A DNA stretch of 64,000 nucleotides, taken from contig OZ223209.1 in NCBI GenBank assembly GCA_965140415.1, positions 128,001 through 192,000 of the forward strand, read 5' to 3'. Below are positions 17,313 to 26,474 of this stretch, piece after piece. This stretch comes from Myxococcota bacterium (lineage in GTDB: Bacteria; Myxococcota_A; SURF-8). The translations under genes and the position numbers were made by a program. The notes below the pieces were generated by a model, which had not been told where the DNA came from, ran no database searches, and saw nothing but the letters and a program-made list of their open reading frames with translations. The first letter of the stretch is position 1. Each line of letters begins with the position of its first letter.

Positions 17313-18125
17313 TTACATAACGATCCAGGCCAGAATTCCCATTCCGGCACACCAGGGCGCAAACCAGTGCAAACGCCCTTTGCGAATCAACGCGATCAAC
17401 AGCCACAAAGCTAGCCAGCCTACGATGGCGCTGACGAAAAAGCCCAGGATGAAGATACCGACATCCAATTCATCGAGGCTCACATCACGCATTTTCAAGA
17501 GCAGGGCACCAAGAATCGCCGGGATAGAGAGCAGAAAGCTGTATCTGGCTGCCCGTTCCGGTTCCACACCCAAGGCCATGGCGGCGGCGATGGTGCTTCC
17601 CGAGCGTGAAATGCCGGGTAAAATCGCCATACCCTGAACGATACCGATCAGCAGAGCGCGTCCGAAATGCAAATCCCCTATGGCTTTGCGTCGAGTAAAA
17701 TAGGTGCTGATCAGTAACCCTGCTGTAATTACAAAGAAAACACCGACCGCTTGCAGAGAACCGAAGGCCGATTCAAAGGTATCTTTGCCCAATATACCAA
17801 TCAACCCGGTGGGTAGCGTTCCGACGATCAACAGCAGCACGAAACGACGTTGTTCCTGCTGTAACCAGCCGTTAACAGTGAAAAAATCCTTTCCTTCACC
17901 CGACTTGGGCAACAGGCTCTTTAAAATCTGCCACAATTCCCGGCGATAATACAAAATCACCGCCACCAGCGTTCCCAGGTGCAACACGATATCGAAAAAG
18001 ACTTCCGGTTCGCGTAAACCGAGTAAATGCTGCCCCAGTGCCAGATGCCCGGAGGAGCTGACCGGCAGAAATTCCGTCAATCCCTGTATCGTGCCTAATA
18101 TGGCTGCCTGTTCCGCTCCGATCAC
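17313..18125 (-). CDS. uppP: Undecaprenyl-diphosphate phosphatase
   Basis: QGLTEFLPVSSSGHL, HLGT, PGISRSGSTI and AARYSFLLSIP motifs. Confidence 0.96.
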   Translation of the reverse strand: MIGAEQAAILGTIQGLTEFLPVSSSGHLALGQHLLGLREPEVFFDIVLHLGTLVAVILYYRRELWQILKSLLPKSGEGKDFFTVNGWLQQEQRRFVLLLIVGTLPTGLIGILGKDTFESAFGSLQAVGVFFVITAGLLISTYFTRRKAIGDLHFGRALLIGIVQGMAILPGISRSGSTIAAAMALGVEPERAARYSFLLSIPAILGALLLKMRDVSLDELDVGIFILGFFVSAIVGWLALWLLIALIRKGRLHWFAPWCAGMGILAWIVM

Positions 18126-18164
18126 GACGCGTATCCTTTCGCGGCATTTACAAAAGCCGTTCTT

Positions 18165-19298
18165 TTACGTTTGTGGCGTTTCCTGCCGAATTTCTCCCTG
18201 CTGGACGTGAAAGAGTCGTAAATCGCTCCCTTTCAAGTTTCCAGCCGGTTGATGATCGGTGGAAGTCAGAATCACCTGTCCGGCGGTACCCGCCAGATAA
18301 CGAAACAGCCGTTCCCGCCGCTGCCGATCCAGTTCCGAAGACAGATCATCGATCAACAGAACGGGATAGGTTCCCCGAGCGGCGTGCAGCACTTCCGTTT
18401 CCGCGATCTTCAAGGCTAACGCGATACTGCGATTCTGCCCCTGCGAGGCAAAACGCTGCGCCCGCGCACCATCTAATTGAACGATCAGATCCTCGGTATG
18501 CGGGCCGATACTGGTCCAGCCGCGCTCGATATCCGTATCGACCTGCTTTTCCAAGATCTGTAACAAGCGTTTCCAATGCGACGCTTCTCCCTGCTCCGAC
18601 AGGCTTTCTGTGTCCGTCCCCTGCCAGCGCGAAGAATAGAGCAGGCGCACCCGCTCTTTGCCGGAAGAAACCTGCTCGATAGCTTGATCCACCTGTTTTT
18701 GCAAGGACGCCACCAACTCCTGCCGCTGCTGGGTAATGGCAGAACCCAGCTTTGCCAGTTTCTCGCTGTAGACTTCAAACAGCGGATCTTTCACCTGACG
18801 CTCCCGCAACAGGGAATTACGCCGCCGTAATACGTCCTTATATTCCACCACACGCACCCAATGCGAAGGTTGCAGCAGAAACAGGGTGCGATCCAGAAAA
18901 CGCCGCCGGCGCTCCGGTTCTCCCGTAGTCAGGCGAACATCTTCCGGAGTAAAGACTACGGTCGGCAATAAGCCGATATAGTCTTTCTTTTTCGATACGC
19001 CTTTACCATTGACCGTTAGAGCCAGCTTTCCGCTTTCCAAACGCAGGCGAACCGTATAATCCAGTTCATCCACCTCCGCCTGGCCTTGCAGCCAGCCTTC
19101 CGATTCACCCTGTAACAGTAAATCCCCGCTGCGGGCCCTACGAAAGCTGCGCAATTCCGAAAGCAATGCCACCGCCTCCAGAAAATTGGTTTTTCCCTGG
19201 GCGTTTTCGCCGATCAAAAGATTAAAACGGGATCCCAGCTCCAGGCTGACATCCCGTAAATTTCGAAAGCGATACGTTTGTATTTGTTGAAAGTGCAC
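18165..19298 (-). CDS. recF: DNA replication/repair protein RecF
   Basis: FRNL, Walker A GENAQGKTN, RRRFLD, SQGQ and LLIDDLSSELD motifs. Start is placed at GTG 19298 (ORF open to 19346). Confidence 0.95.
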   Translation of the reverse strand: MHFQQIQTYRFRNLRDVSLELGSRFNLLIGENAQGKTNFLEAVALLSELRSFRRARSGDLLLQGESEGWLQGQAEVDELDYTVRLRLESGKLALTVNGKGVSKKKDYIGLLPTVVFTPEDVRLTTGEPERRRRFLDRTLFLLQPSHWVRVVEYKDVLRRRNSLLRERQVKDPLFEVYSEKLAKLGSAITQQRQELVASLQKQVDQAIEQVSSGKERVRLLYSSRWQGTDTESLSEQGEASHWKRLLQILEKQVDTDIERGWTSIGPHTEDLIVQLDGARAQRFASQGQNRSIALALKIAETEVLHAARGTYPVLLIDDLSSELDRQRRERLFRYLAGTAGQVILTSTDHQPAGNLKGSDLRLFHVQQGEIRQETPQT

Positions 19299-19386
19299 GA
19301 ATCCGGCTCTTGCATGTTCCGTAGCGATCCTGTCTATACGCGCCAACTCTATTCAATCGGTGCAGTACGGGATCGAAAAGGAGGAA

Positions 19387-20496
19387 TCAGGTAATGCGCA
19401 TCGGCATCACGACGCTGAAAAAGCCTTCGTCATCGGCATCTTTCAGCACGCAAGGAGAAAGCTCATCCGACAACTCCAGCAAGACCTGTTCGCCGTGCAT
19501 GACGTTGAGTGCATCCATGAAATAGCGCGCATTGAAACCGACGTGGAAGTCGGGACCGTCATACTCCACTTCCATCGATTGCCGTCCTTCTCCTTTTTCC
19601 GGATCGCTGGCTTCGATCGTCAACTCATTGGCGGCAAAGTGGAAACGAATTCCATAAGACCGCTCGACTGACAAGATGGAGATGCGTTTCAATGCTTCCT
19701 GGAACAGCGCCCGATCGACCTTGACGATGCGATCGGAGCCCTTCGGGATCACCATGTTGTAATCCGGAAATTCTCCTTCGATCAGGCGCATGACCACCAG
19801 CAAATCCTCGCGTCGGAAGAAACCGTTGGAGCCGGAAAACGCCACTTCCAGGCCTTCACCGCCTTCTTCGATCATCTTCTTGACTTCCAATAAGCCCTTA
19901 CGCGAGATGATCACCGGATGCTCCAAAGCCAGTTCCGCTTCGATATCGCGTTCCACTAAGGACAGTCGGTGGCCGTCGGTCGAAACCAGGCGCACCTGGG
20001 TATCTTCCAGTTTTTCCAGATTCACGCCATTTAAGAAAATGCGTGGATCGTCGTTGGCGACGGAAAAGAGGGTATGCTCGATCAGATCCTGCAAGGTCGC
20101 ACTTGGAATGACAGCATAGCTGACTTCACCGAAATCCGGCATGGACGGGTAATCGGACACGTTGGTGGCGCGAATGCTATAATTGACTTTCTCCGTACGA
20201 ATGCGCACCATCGAGCCATCGTCCGTTTCCAGTTGAACGTTGCCGGCTGGCAGGTTTTTGGCGATTTCGTGCAGGTCTTTTGCGCTGACACAGATTTTAC
20301 CTGCTTTTTCGACAACGCCTTCATATTCGCCTTTGGCGAAGATATCCAGATCCGTGGCCGTTACGGTAAAGCGATCGTTGGAGATCGTTTCCAAGTAGAT
20401 ATTGGAAAGAACGGGCATGGTGCTCTTCTTTCCTACGATTCCCTGACACCTGCCTAAAGCCAACAGGAGTGTTTCTTTGCTTACGATCAGCTGCAT
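19387..20496 (-). CDS. dnaN: DNA polymerase III beta sliding clamp
   Basis: TMPVLSN, ATDL, STDGHRLS, RLIEGEFPDY, GFNARY and VVMPMR motifs. Confidence 0.97.
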   Translation of the reverse strand: MQLIVSKETLLLALGRCQGIVGKKSTMPVLSNIYLETISNDRFTVTATDLDIFAKGEYEGVVEKAGKICVSAKDLHEIAKNLPAGNVQLETDDGSMVRIRTEKVNYSIRATNVSDYPSMPDFGEVSYAVIPSATLQDLIEHTLFSVANDDPRIFLNGVNLEKLEDTQVRLVSTDGHRLSLVERDIEAELALEHPVIISRKGLLEVKKMIEEGGEGLEVAFSGSNGFFRREDLLVVMRLIEGEFPDYNMVIPKGSDRIVKVDRALFQEALKRISILSVERSYGIRFHFAANELTIEASDPEKGEGRQSMEVEYDGPDFHVGFNARYFMDALNVMHGEQVLLELSDELSPCVLKDADDEGFFSVVMPMRIT

Positions 20497-20519
20497 GGCT
20501 TCCCTTCTCCCATGATCCG

Positions 20520-20787
20520 ATCCATTTTTGTTTTAGTCTCTTCTTTGTCTTCTGTCTTTATTAATTAATTAATACTTTTAAAGAGTATTAGTAGGGCTGT
20601 GAATACTGGGGAAAACCTCTGTAAGTCACCAAATCTATGAGAGCTTTCCGTTTGATTCATTATGGGCAACCCGGTAGAAAAAGCAACTGAAATCGACAAG
20701 AAGTTCCCCTTTGTGGAAAACAAGCCGTTCGTTCACGGACAACCAACAGGCTTTTCCACAGGTTATTAAAAAGAAAAGACAGTATAA
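20520..20787. other. oriC: Putative replication origin oriC (dnaA-dnaN intergenic)
   Basis: AT-rich tract at 20557-20590, TAT-TAG-TAG trios, GGGC and tandem DnaA-box-like TGTGAATAC/TGGGGAAAA (20598-20615). Further boxes TGTGGAAAA (20712-20720) and TTTTCCACA (20752-20760). Confidence 0.85.
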
Positions 20788-22143
20788 TCAAAGCTGTAAC
20801 TGCTTTTCCAGAGCTTCTACATTATTGCGTAGATTCATATCGTCGGCCATCAGGGTTTCCACCCGATTGATGGCATTGATGACGGTTGCGTGATCCTTGC
20901 CGCCAAAGCGCGAACCGATTTCCGTCAAACTCAGATCCGTGTAGCGTTTGACCAGGTACATGGCGATCTGACGCGGAACCACCAGCTTACGGGCACGGCT
21001 TTTACTGAGCATGTCCTCGTGACGAATGTCGAAGTAACGACTGACACGCTTCTGGATTTTCTCGCAATTGACGGTAACAGGCAAGGTCTGTAAATAGCTC
21101 TTCAATACCTCTTTGGCGGTCCCGATCGAAATCGGCGCTCCGGTGAGGGAGGCATGCGCCTGTAACTGTATCAGCGAGCCTTCCAGCTCACGCACGTTGG
21201 TTTTGATGTTCTTGGCCAAAAAGGTCAAGACCTCGTCTGAAATCTCCACCTTGTCCAGATCCGCCTTTTTACGGAGAATGGCCGAGCGGGTCTCCAGATC
21301 CGGCGTTTTGATATCCGCCACCAGACCCGATTGCAGCCGCGAGCGGATACGCTCGTCCAGTTTCTTGATTTCCTGCGGATACTGATCGGAGGAAACCACG
21401 ATCTGCTTGCCGCTTTCGAACAGGAAGTTGAAGGTGTGGAAGAATTCTTCCTGGGTACCCCATTTGTTGGAGATAAACTGAATATCGTCCATTAACAGTA
21501 CGTCGCAGTTATCTCGGTAGCGGCGCTTGAATTCAGCCATCTGGTTGGTGGCGATAGACTGAATCAGGTCGTTCATGAAGCGTTCCGCCGTGATGTAAAA
21601 CACACGGAGATCTTTGAATTTTCTATTGATTTCGTTACTGATGCCTTGAAGCAGATGCGTTTTACCCAAACCCGTTCCACCGTAAATAAACAGGGGATTG
21701 TAACTTTGGCCGGGTTGTTTGGCCACGGCTTTGGCCGCTGCATAGGCAAACTCGTTACTTGGACCGGAAACGAAACTCGTAAACGTGAAACGCGGGTTGA
21801 TCACCGCGCCCATCGTGGTGGTTTTATTCGATTTACGACGTTTTTTGGTTTCCGGCTTGGGTTCTGTTCTTTCTTCTTCGGATTTGGCAGGCCGCTTGGC
21901 CTGATCGGCGATAACTTGCAGATGTACCTGCGCGGAATGACGAGAGATATCCGTCAGTGTGCGCTCGATGATATCCAGATAGTTGTCCGTGATCCAATCC
22001 AGCAGGAAGCGATTGGGAACGCTCAGTTTCCACTGATTCTCCTCTACCCCCAATAGCCGGATCGGCCGAAACCAGAGATTGAAATTGTGTTCGTTGGTCC
22101 GTTCGCGCAACGATTCCAACACTTGCTGCCAAGTAGACTCCAT
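20788..22143 (-). CDS. dnaA: Chromosomal replication initiator DnaA
   Basis: YNPLFIYGGTGLGKTHL, DDIQF, QEEFFHTFN, NVRELEG, RQIAMY and GGKDHATV motifs. Start at ATG 22143 (MESTW). Confidence 0.98.
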   Translation of the reverse strand: MESTWQQVLESLRERTNEHNFNLWFRPIRLLGVEENQWKLSVPNRFLLDWITDNYLDIIERTLTDISRHSAQVHLQVIADQAKRPAKSEEERTEPKPETKKRRKSNKTTTMGAVINPRFTFTSFVSGPSNEFAYAAAKAVAKQPGQSYNPLFIYGGTGLGKTHLLQGISNEINRKFKDLRVFYITAERFMNDLIQSIATNQMAEFKRRYRDNCDVLLMDDIQFISNKWGTQEEFFHTFNFLFESGKQIVVSSDQYPQEIKKLDERIRSRLQSGLVADIKTPDLETRSAILRKKADLDKVEISDEVLTFLAKNIKTNVRELEGSLIQLQAHASLTGAPISIGTAKEVLKSYLQTLPVTVNCEKIQKRVSRYFDIRHEDMLSKSRARKLVVPRQIAMYLVKRYTDLSLTEIGSRFGGKDHATVINAINRVETLMADDMNLRNNVEALEKQLQL

Positions 22144-22545
22144 GTACCGCACCCCTCTATCGATTCGCCAAGGGCGGGCGAAACTCACCCTCTTGTTTGA
22201 TCGGTTTTTTGCATCGAGAAACGACGCGTCTCTACCCGCTTGAAAATAGCAAGACGAAACAGGATTGGCAAGCTTTTTTAAAGACAAAAAAATCGGAAAT
22301 AATTAATAACATTAATTGTTTTCGGCTTTTTGCCATGCCGCCGCTGATGAATTGAAGGGGGGTTCGTGAGGGGATTGTAAGAACGAAAATCCGGGTTTGC
22401 ATTGGCATCCATACGGAATGTGTGATGGCCTTTTTCCTATTATGCGAGCGTAGTGAATTTAAAAGAGATACAGTAGAAATCCACAAGACCCACCATCAAG
22501 GAAGAGGAAGCTACCAGTTCCATTCGTTCGCATCGATAGCAATTT

Positions 22546-22647
22546 TTAGCGGATGCATCACAAAATAGTACAAATTCGTTTGATTTTCGGGTGGTGCGGG
22601 TTAAGCCGCAGGCTTGCCCATGTTCGAAAATCACATGGGCAGGCTCC
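22546..22647. repeat. Dispersed REPIN-like element family A, copy 2
   Basis: Aligns with the reverse complement of 8259-8362 over about 100 nt. Confidence 0.85.
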
Positions 22648-22702
22648 CTAATGCAGAGCAAACTCTGAAATGGAGAATGCGGTATTCATTCAACCGTGTA
22701 AC

Positions 22703-23287
22703 TCATGGGGAAGCAGAATCGTTATCTGGTTGCGTTTGCGGATCGACGGGCTGTGACTCCGGTGCCAGATCCGTTTTTTCTTCGGGGGGACTTGCATACA
22801 GTTCCTCATCGGGAATGTAGCGAAAAGCCTGTCCGCGTACGGTCACGCAACTGCGTTGATAGAAGGGCAGTACGGAATATTCTTCAATATGCTCCCTGGG
22901 TGCGATCAAGGCATCGGCCTTCCATTGTTTGCCGATCGCCTGATACTCGGCATAATCACGCGCTTTCTGCTCCGGATGAGTTCCCCACAGGTTGATATCC
23001 GTTTCGCTGTTGGGATCCTCGGGGTTTCGTTCGGTCAACGTGAACCAGATCGGCAGTGGGAAAAGAATTACCAGGCGCGTGCAGCTTTGTGCGCTGACGG
23101 CACCGAGAATCTGGTATTGGTCGCGCTTGAGTTTGTGCAGCTGGACACGTTGCGGCTGAGGCGTCACGGGCGCGTTAGCACGATGGGACGTGCAGGCGTA
23201 CAGCAAGAAGAGGGCAATGAGAAGCGTCGCAAGCACCGCACCGGATTTCGGCGTTGAAAGAAAGCGCATAATACTCTCCATGGCCAC
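22703..23287 (-). CDS. Hypothetical lipoprotein
   Basis: Hydrophobic stretch with lipobox LLYAC, then a small domain (LGAVSAQSC...ADALI...CVTVRGQA) and an acidic tail. Confidence 0.65.
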   Translation of the reverse strand: MAMESIMRFLSTPKSGAVLATLLIALFLLYACTSHRANAPVTPQPQRVQLHKLKRDQYQILGAVSAQSCTRLVILFPLPIWFTLTERNPEDPNSETDINLWGTHPEQKARDYAEYQAIGKQWKADALIAPREHIEEYSVLPFYQRSCVTVRGQAFRYIPDEELYASPPEEKTDLAPESQPVDPQTQPDNDSASP

Positions 23288-23603
23288 AAGTGATACTATA
23301 ATTATATATAAATCAGCTTAAAATACAAATGTATTTATTAATTTTAAGCAATAAAAAGGAGATTTGCTTTTAAACAGAATCAAAGAATCGAAACCTTTCG
23401 TTCGGTGATTCATGTGGACATGATGCTGATGAGGTCATGAGATTCGATATTTTCGTGCCTGTGCAAAGAAGTGTTTTTGTAACTTCCTTACATGGAAAAT
23501 GCTGGACAAGCGCCCGCGCCTTTCTGTAAGATGGCCATCTCGGCAGACTCGACGATCGAGTCCGGTCGAAAATTCGAGTGTTCAACCGGGGAATCGAAAG
23601 CGA

Positions 23604-24269
23604 ATGTGTTCCACGTGGAACGGAAGCGCGACGCTGGAATTCAGGCGTTGCTTACAACGCCGATTGAGCGAGTACGAACTTCCCCATGGGTCCGCGCTAT
23701 TGGATGCCTGTAGCGCGTATTACGAGGAACTGCTGCGCTGGAACCGGCGTGTCAACTTGACGCGTCTGGTCGAACCGGAACGAGCGGCGACGGAGTTGTT
23801 TCTGGATAGCGCCTTGGGTCTGCCTTTCCTTCAACCGGGAGAGCGTGTCCTGGATGTCGGCAGCGGCGCGGGTTTTCCCGGTCTGGTGCTGGCGATACTG
23901 CAACCGGAACAACGCATCGATCTGCTTGACAGTTCGGATAAGCGCTGTCGCTTTTTGGAGCATGTGGTGCGCCTGCTGGCCTTGCCTGAAGTGCGTGTCA
24001 TTCACGGGCGTTTCGACGATCGTTTTCGTGGCGGTCCGTATGAACTCGTGATCTCCCGCGCCACATTCTCGGATCTCGGCATGTTCGCGCATGCCTGCAA
24101 CAGTCTTACTCCGCAAGGGCGACTGTTATTGTGGCGCTCGAAAGGCACCCAGAACGAACTGCCGGGCTTTCAGGCGCAGGAACATACACTCGAACTACCC
24201 GGTGTCACGCAGCAACGCTGCCTGATGCTATATCGACGAACCGACGGAGAAACGGAAAACCATGGCTAA
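23604..24269 (+). CDS. rsmG: 16S rRNA m7G527 methyltransferase RsmG/GidB
   Basis: LLRWNRRVNLT, LDVGSGAGFPG, LDSSDKRCRFL and ISRA motifs. Start uncertain (ATG 23604 or 23499). Confidence 0.92.
   Translation: MCSTWNGSATLEFRRCLQRRLSEYELPHGSALLDACSAYYEELLRWNRRVNLTRLVEPERAATELFLDSALGLPFLQPGERVLDVGSGAGFPGLVLAILQPEQRIDLLDSSDKRCRFLEHVVRLLALPEVRVIHGRFDDRFRGGPYELVISRATFSDLGMFAHACNSLTPQGRLLLWRSKGTQNELPGFQAQEHTLELPGVTQQRCLMLYRRTDGETENHG
23607..23622. promoter_or_regulatory. parS: parS centromere site
   Basis: TGTTCCACGTGGAACG overlapping the 5' end of rsmG, about 640 bp upstream of parA. Confidence 0.88.
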
Positions 24270-25038
24270 ACGTGTCGCCATCGTGAACCAAAAAGGGGGC
24301 GTGGGTAAAACCACCACCGCGGTGAATCTGGCGGCTGCGCTGGCCGCTGCGGAGCAACGTGTGCTGCTGGTGGATATGGATCCACAGGCCAATGCAACCT
24401 CCGGTGTAGGCTACGAGCACGAACCGGATCTTCCGCACCTGTACCACGTGTTACTGGGAGAGGCCACCGCACGGGACGTTCACAAACAAACCGATCTGTC
24501 CTTATTGCATCTACTGCCCTCCGGGCGCGATCTGATCGGGGCGGAGGTGGAACTGACGCAGGTAATGGCGCGCGAGCATCGTCTGGACGAAGCGTTGAAG
24601 CCGTTGGACGACTTGTACGATGTCATGCTGATCGACTGTCCCCCGTCGCTGGGGCTATTAACCCTGAATGCACTCACCGCCGCCCATTCGGTGCTGATTC
24701 CGGTGCAGACCGAATACTACGCAATGGAAGGCGTCGGGCATCTGATGCACACCATCAACCTGGTGAAACAACACCTGAATCCCGGACTCGAGATCGAGGG
24801 TGTCCTGTTGACCATGGTGGATTTTCGCACCAATCTCAGTCGCCAGGTGGCCCAGGAAGTCAAGCGTTTCTTTGGCGATAAAGTATATCAAACGGAAGTA
24901 TATAGAAACATACGTCTGTCCGAAGCGCCCAGCCACGGGCGCCCCGTGATTCTCTACGACATCACCTCGCGCGGCAGTGAAAACTATCTGGCATTGGCGC
25001 AGGAATTCATCCAGGCGCAGGAAAGGACGGCCTCATGA
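24262..25038 (+). CDS. parA: Chromosome partitioning ATPase ParA/Soj
   Basis: NQKGGVGKTTT, DMDPQANAT, IDCPPSLG, PVQTEYYAMEG and RLSEAPSHG motifs. Confidence 0.97.
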   Translation: MAKRVAIVNQKGGVGKTTTAVNLAAALAAAEQRVLLVDMDPQANATSGVGYEHEPDLPHLYHVLLGEATARDVHKQTDLSLLHLLPSGRDLIGAEVELTQVMAREHRLDEALKPLDDLYDVMLIDCPPSLGLLTLNALTAAHSVLIPVQTEYYAMEGVGHLMHTINLVKQHLNPGLEIEGVLLTMVDFRTNLSRQVAQEVKRFFGDKVYQTEVYRNIRLSEAPSHGRPVILYDITSRGSENYLALAQEFIQAQERTAS

Positions 25039-25997
25039 GCAAGCGTACCGCTGCAAAACCGCCCGCATTGGGACGTGGCCTGGCGGCGCTGATTCCCTCC
25101 GGTCCGACGCCGTCCGCTGAAAAATCGAAAGCGGATAACTCCGCACAAACCCCGGATGTCGAATCGGCGGATTCTTCATCTTCTACAACGCAGCAAACCT
25201 CCGCGCAAACGGGTATTCTCACGGTGCCGATCGAGGAAGTGCAGCCCATGTCCGGGCAGCCGCGCAGCATCTTCAACCCGACGGACTTGCAGGAACTGGC
25301 GGACTCCATCACTGAAAAAGGAGTGTTGCAGCCGGTGATCGTGCGTCGGGCGGAGAGTGGATATCAGTTGATCGCCGGTGAGCGTCGCTGGCGCGCCAGT
25401 CAACAGGCGGGCATGACGACCATCCCGGTGATCGTCAAAGATGTCGACGAGTCCGAGGCGTTTCAACTGGCCTTGATCGAAAACATTCAGCGCGAAAACC
25501 TCAACGCGGCGGATATCGGCAAGGCGCTGAAAAAACTGGCGGACGACTTCCAGTTGACGCAGGAAGAAATCGCGGAGCGCATCGGTAAGAATCGCGCCAC
25601 CGTGGCCAACTACATTCGCATTCTACGGTTGCCGCCGGTGTTGTTGCGCAAGGTCGAAGACGGCACCTTGAGCTTCGGACATGCGCGCTGTCTGGCCGGT
25701 CTTTCACAGGGTCAGCTCTCGCATATCGACACCCACCGGCTGGTGGCGGGGCGCTACTCGGTACGCGAACTGGAACAGATCGTGCGCCGCATTCAGCAGC
25801 AGGACGGTAAACCCGCCGCCAAATCGCACAGCGGCGAATCTCCGCAGGTGCGCTTCGTGCGCCGCAAACTGGAACAGCGGCTGGGACTGAAGGTTTCCCT
25901 TAAGGACCGTAACGGCAAGGGGAGATTATCGATCGATTACAACAGCCTGGATGAACTCGACGGGCTGCTTCAACTTCTGGGGGTGGCCGATTCCTAA
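25035..25997 (+). CDS. parB: Chromosome partitioning CTPase ParB/Spo0J
   Basis: LGRGLAALI, QPR, LIAGERRWRA and LIENIQRENL motifs, HTH and GHAR. Confidence 0.97.
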   Translation: MSKRTAAKPPALGRGLAALIPSGPTPSAEKSKADNSAQTPDVESADSSSSTTQQTSAQTGILTVPIEEVQPMSGQPRSIFNPTDLQELADSITEKGVLQPVIVRRAESGYQLIAGERRWRASQQAGMTTIPVIVKDVDESEAFQLALIENIQRENLNAADIGKALKKLADDFQLTQEEIAERIGKNRATVANYIRILRLPPVLLRKVEDGTLSFGHARCLAGLSQGQLSHIDTHRLVAGRYSVRELEQIVRRIQQQDGKPAAKSHSGESPQVRFVRRKLEQRLGLKVSLKDRNGKGRLSIDYNSLDELDGLLQLLGVADS

Positions 25998-26030
25998 CGG
26001 CTAACTCATTTATGAAACAAAGGAAGAACC

Positions 26031-26411
26031 ATGGCGTCTAATTCAACGGCGGAAATCAATGCCCTATTGGGTAAAGGCAGCGAATTCGAAGGCAAACTCA
26101 CCTTCGAAGGCACCGTGCGCATCGACGGGCGTTTCAGCGGCGAAATCTTTTCCAACGACGTGCTGATCGTCGGTGAAGGTGCAGAAATCGAAGCCGAAAT
26201 CAAAGTCAATCGCGTCGTGGTGTACGGCAGCGTACACGGTAACGTCGTCGCTCCCGGCGGTGTGAATCTGCATGCACCCGCCCGTCTGGTCGGTTCGATC
26301 ACCACCCGCTCGCTGACGATCGATGAAGGCGTGGTTTTCGACGGTTCCTGTCACATGGACAACAATTCCGCGGCAGCTCCGGCCCGGCCTGCGACCAGCG
26401 AAGAAGACTGA
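26031..26411 (+). CDS. Bactofilin (polymer-forming cytoskeletal protein)
   Basis: LGKGSEFEGKLTFEGTVRIDGRFSGEI..L.VGEGA...GVVFDGSCHM beta-helix pattern. Confidence 0.92.
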   Translation: MASNSTAEINALLGKGSEFEGKLTFEGTVRIDGRFSGEIFSNDVLIVGEGAEIEAEIKVNRVVVYGSVHGNVVAPGGVNLHAPARLVGSITTRSLTIDEGVVFDGSCHMDNNSAAAPARPATSEED

Positions 26412-26474
26412 CAATCCATCGGTTTCACCTTGCCGAACGGATGATACATGCGTGGATAATCGCCTGGTGAGTCT

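Noticed and set aside
22144..22700. Expected rpmH gene or DnaA-box cluster upstream of dnaA
   Set aside because: No MKRT-like ORF was found, and only weak box matches such as AAATCCACA.
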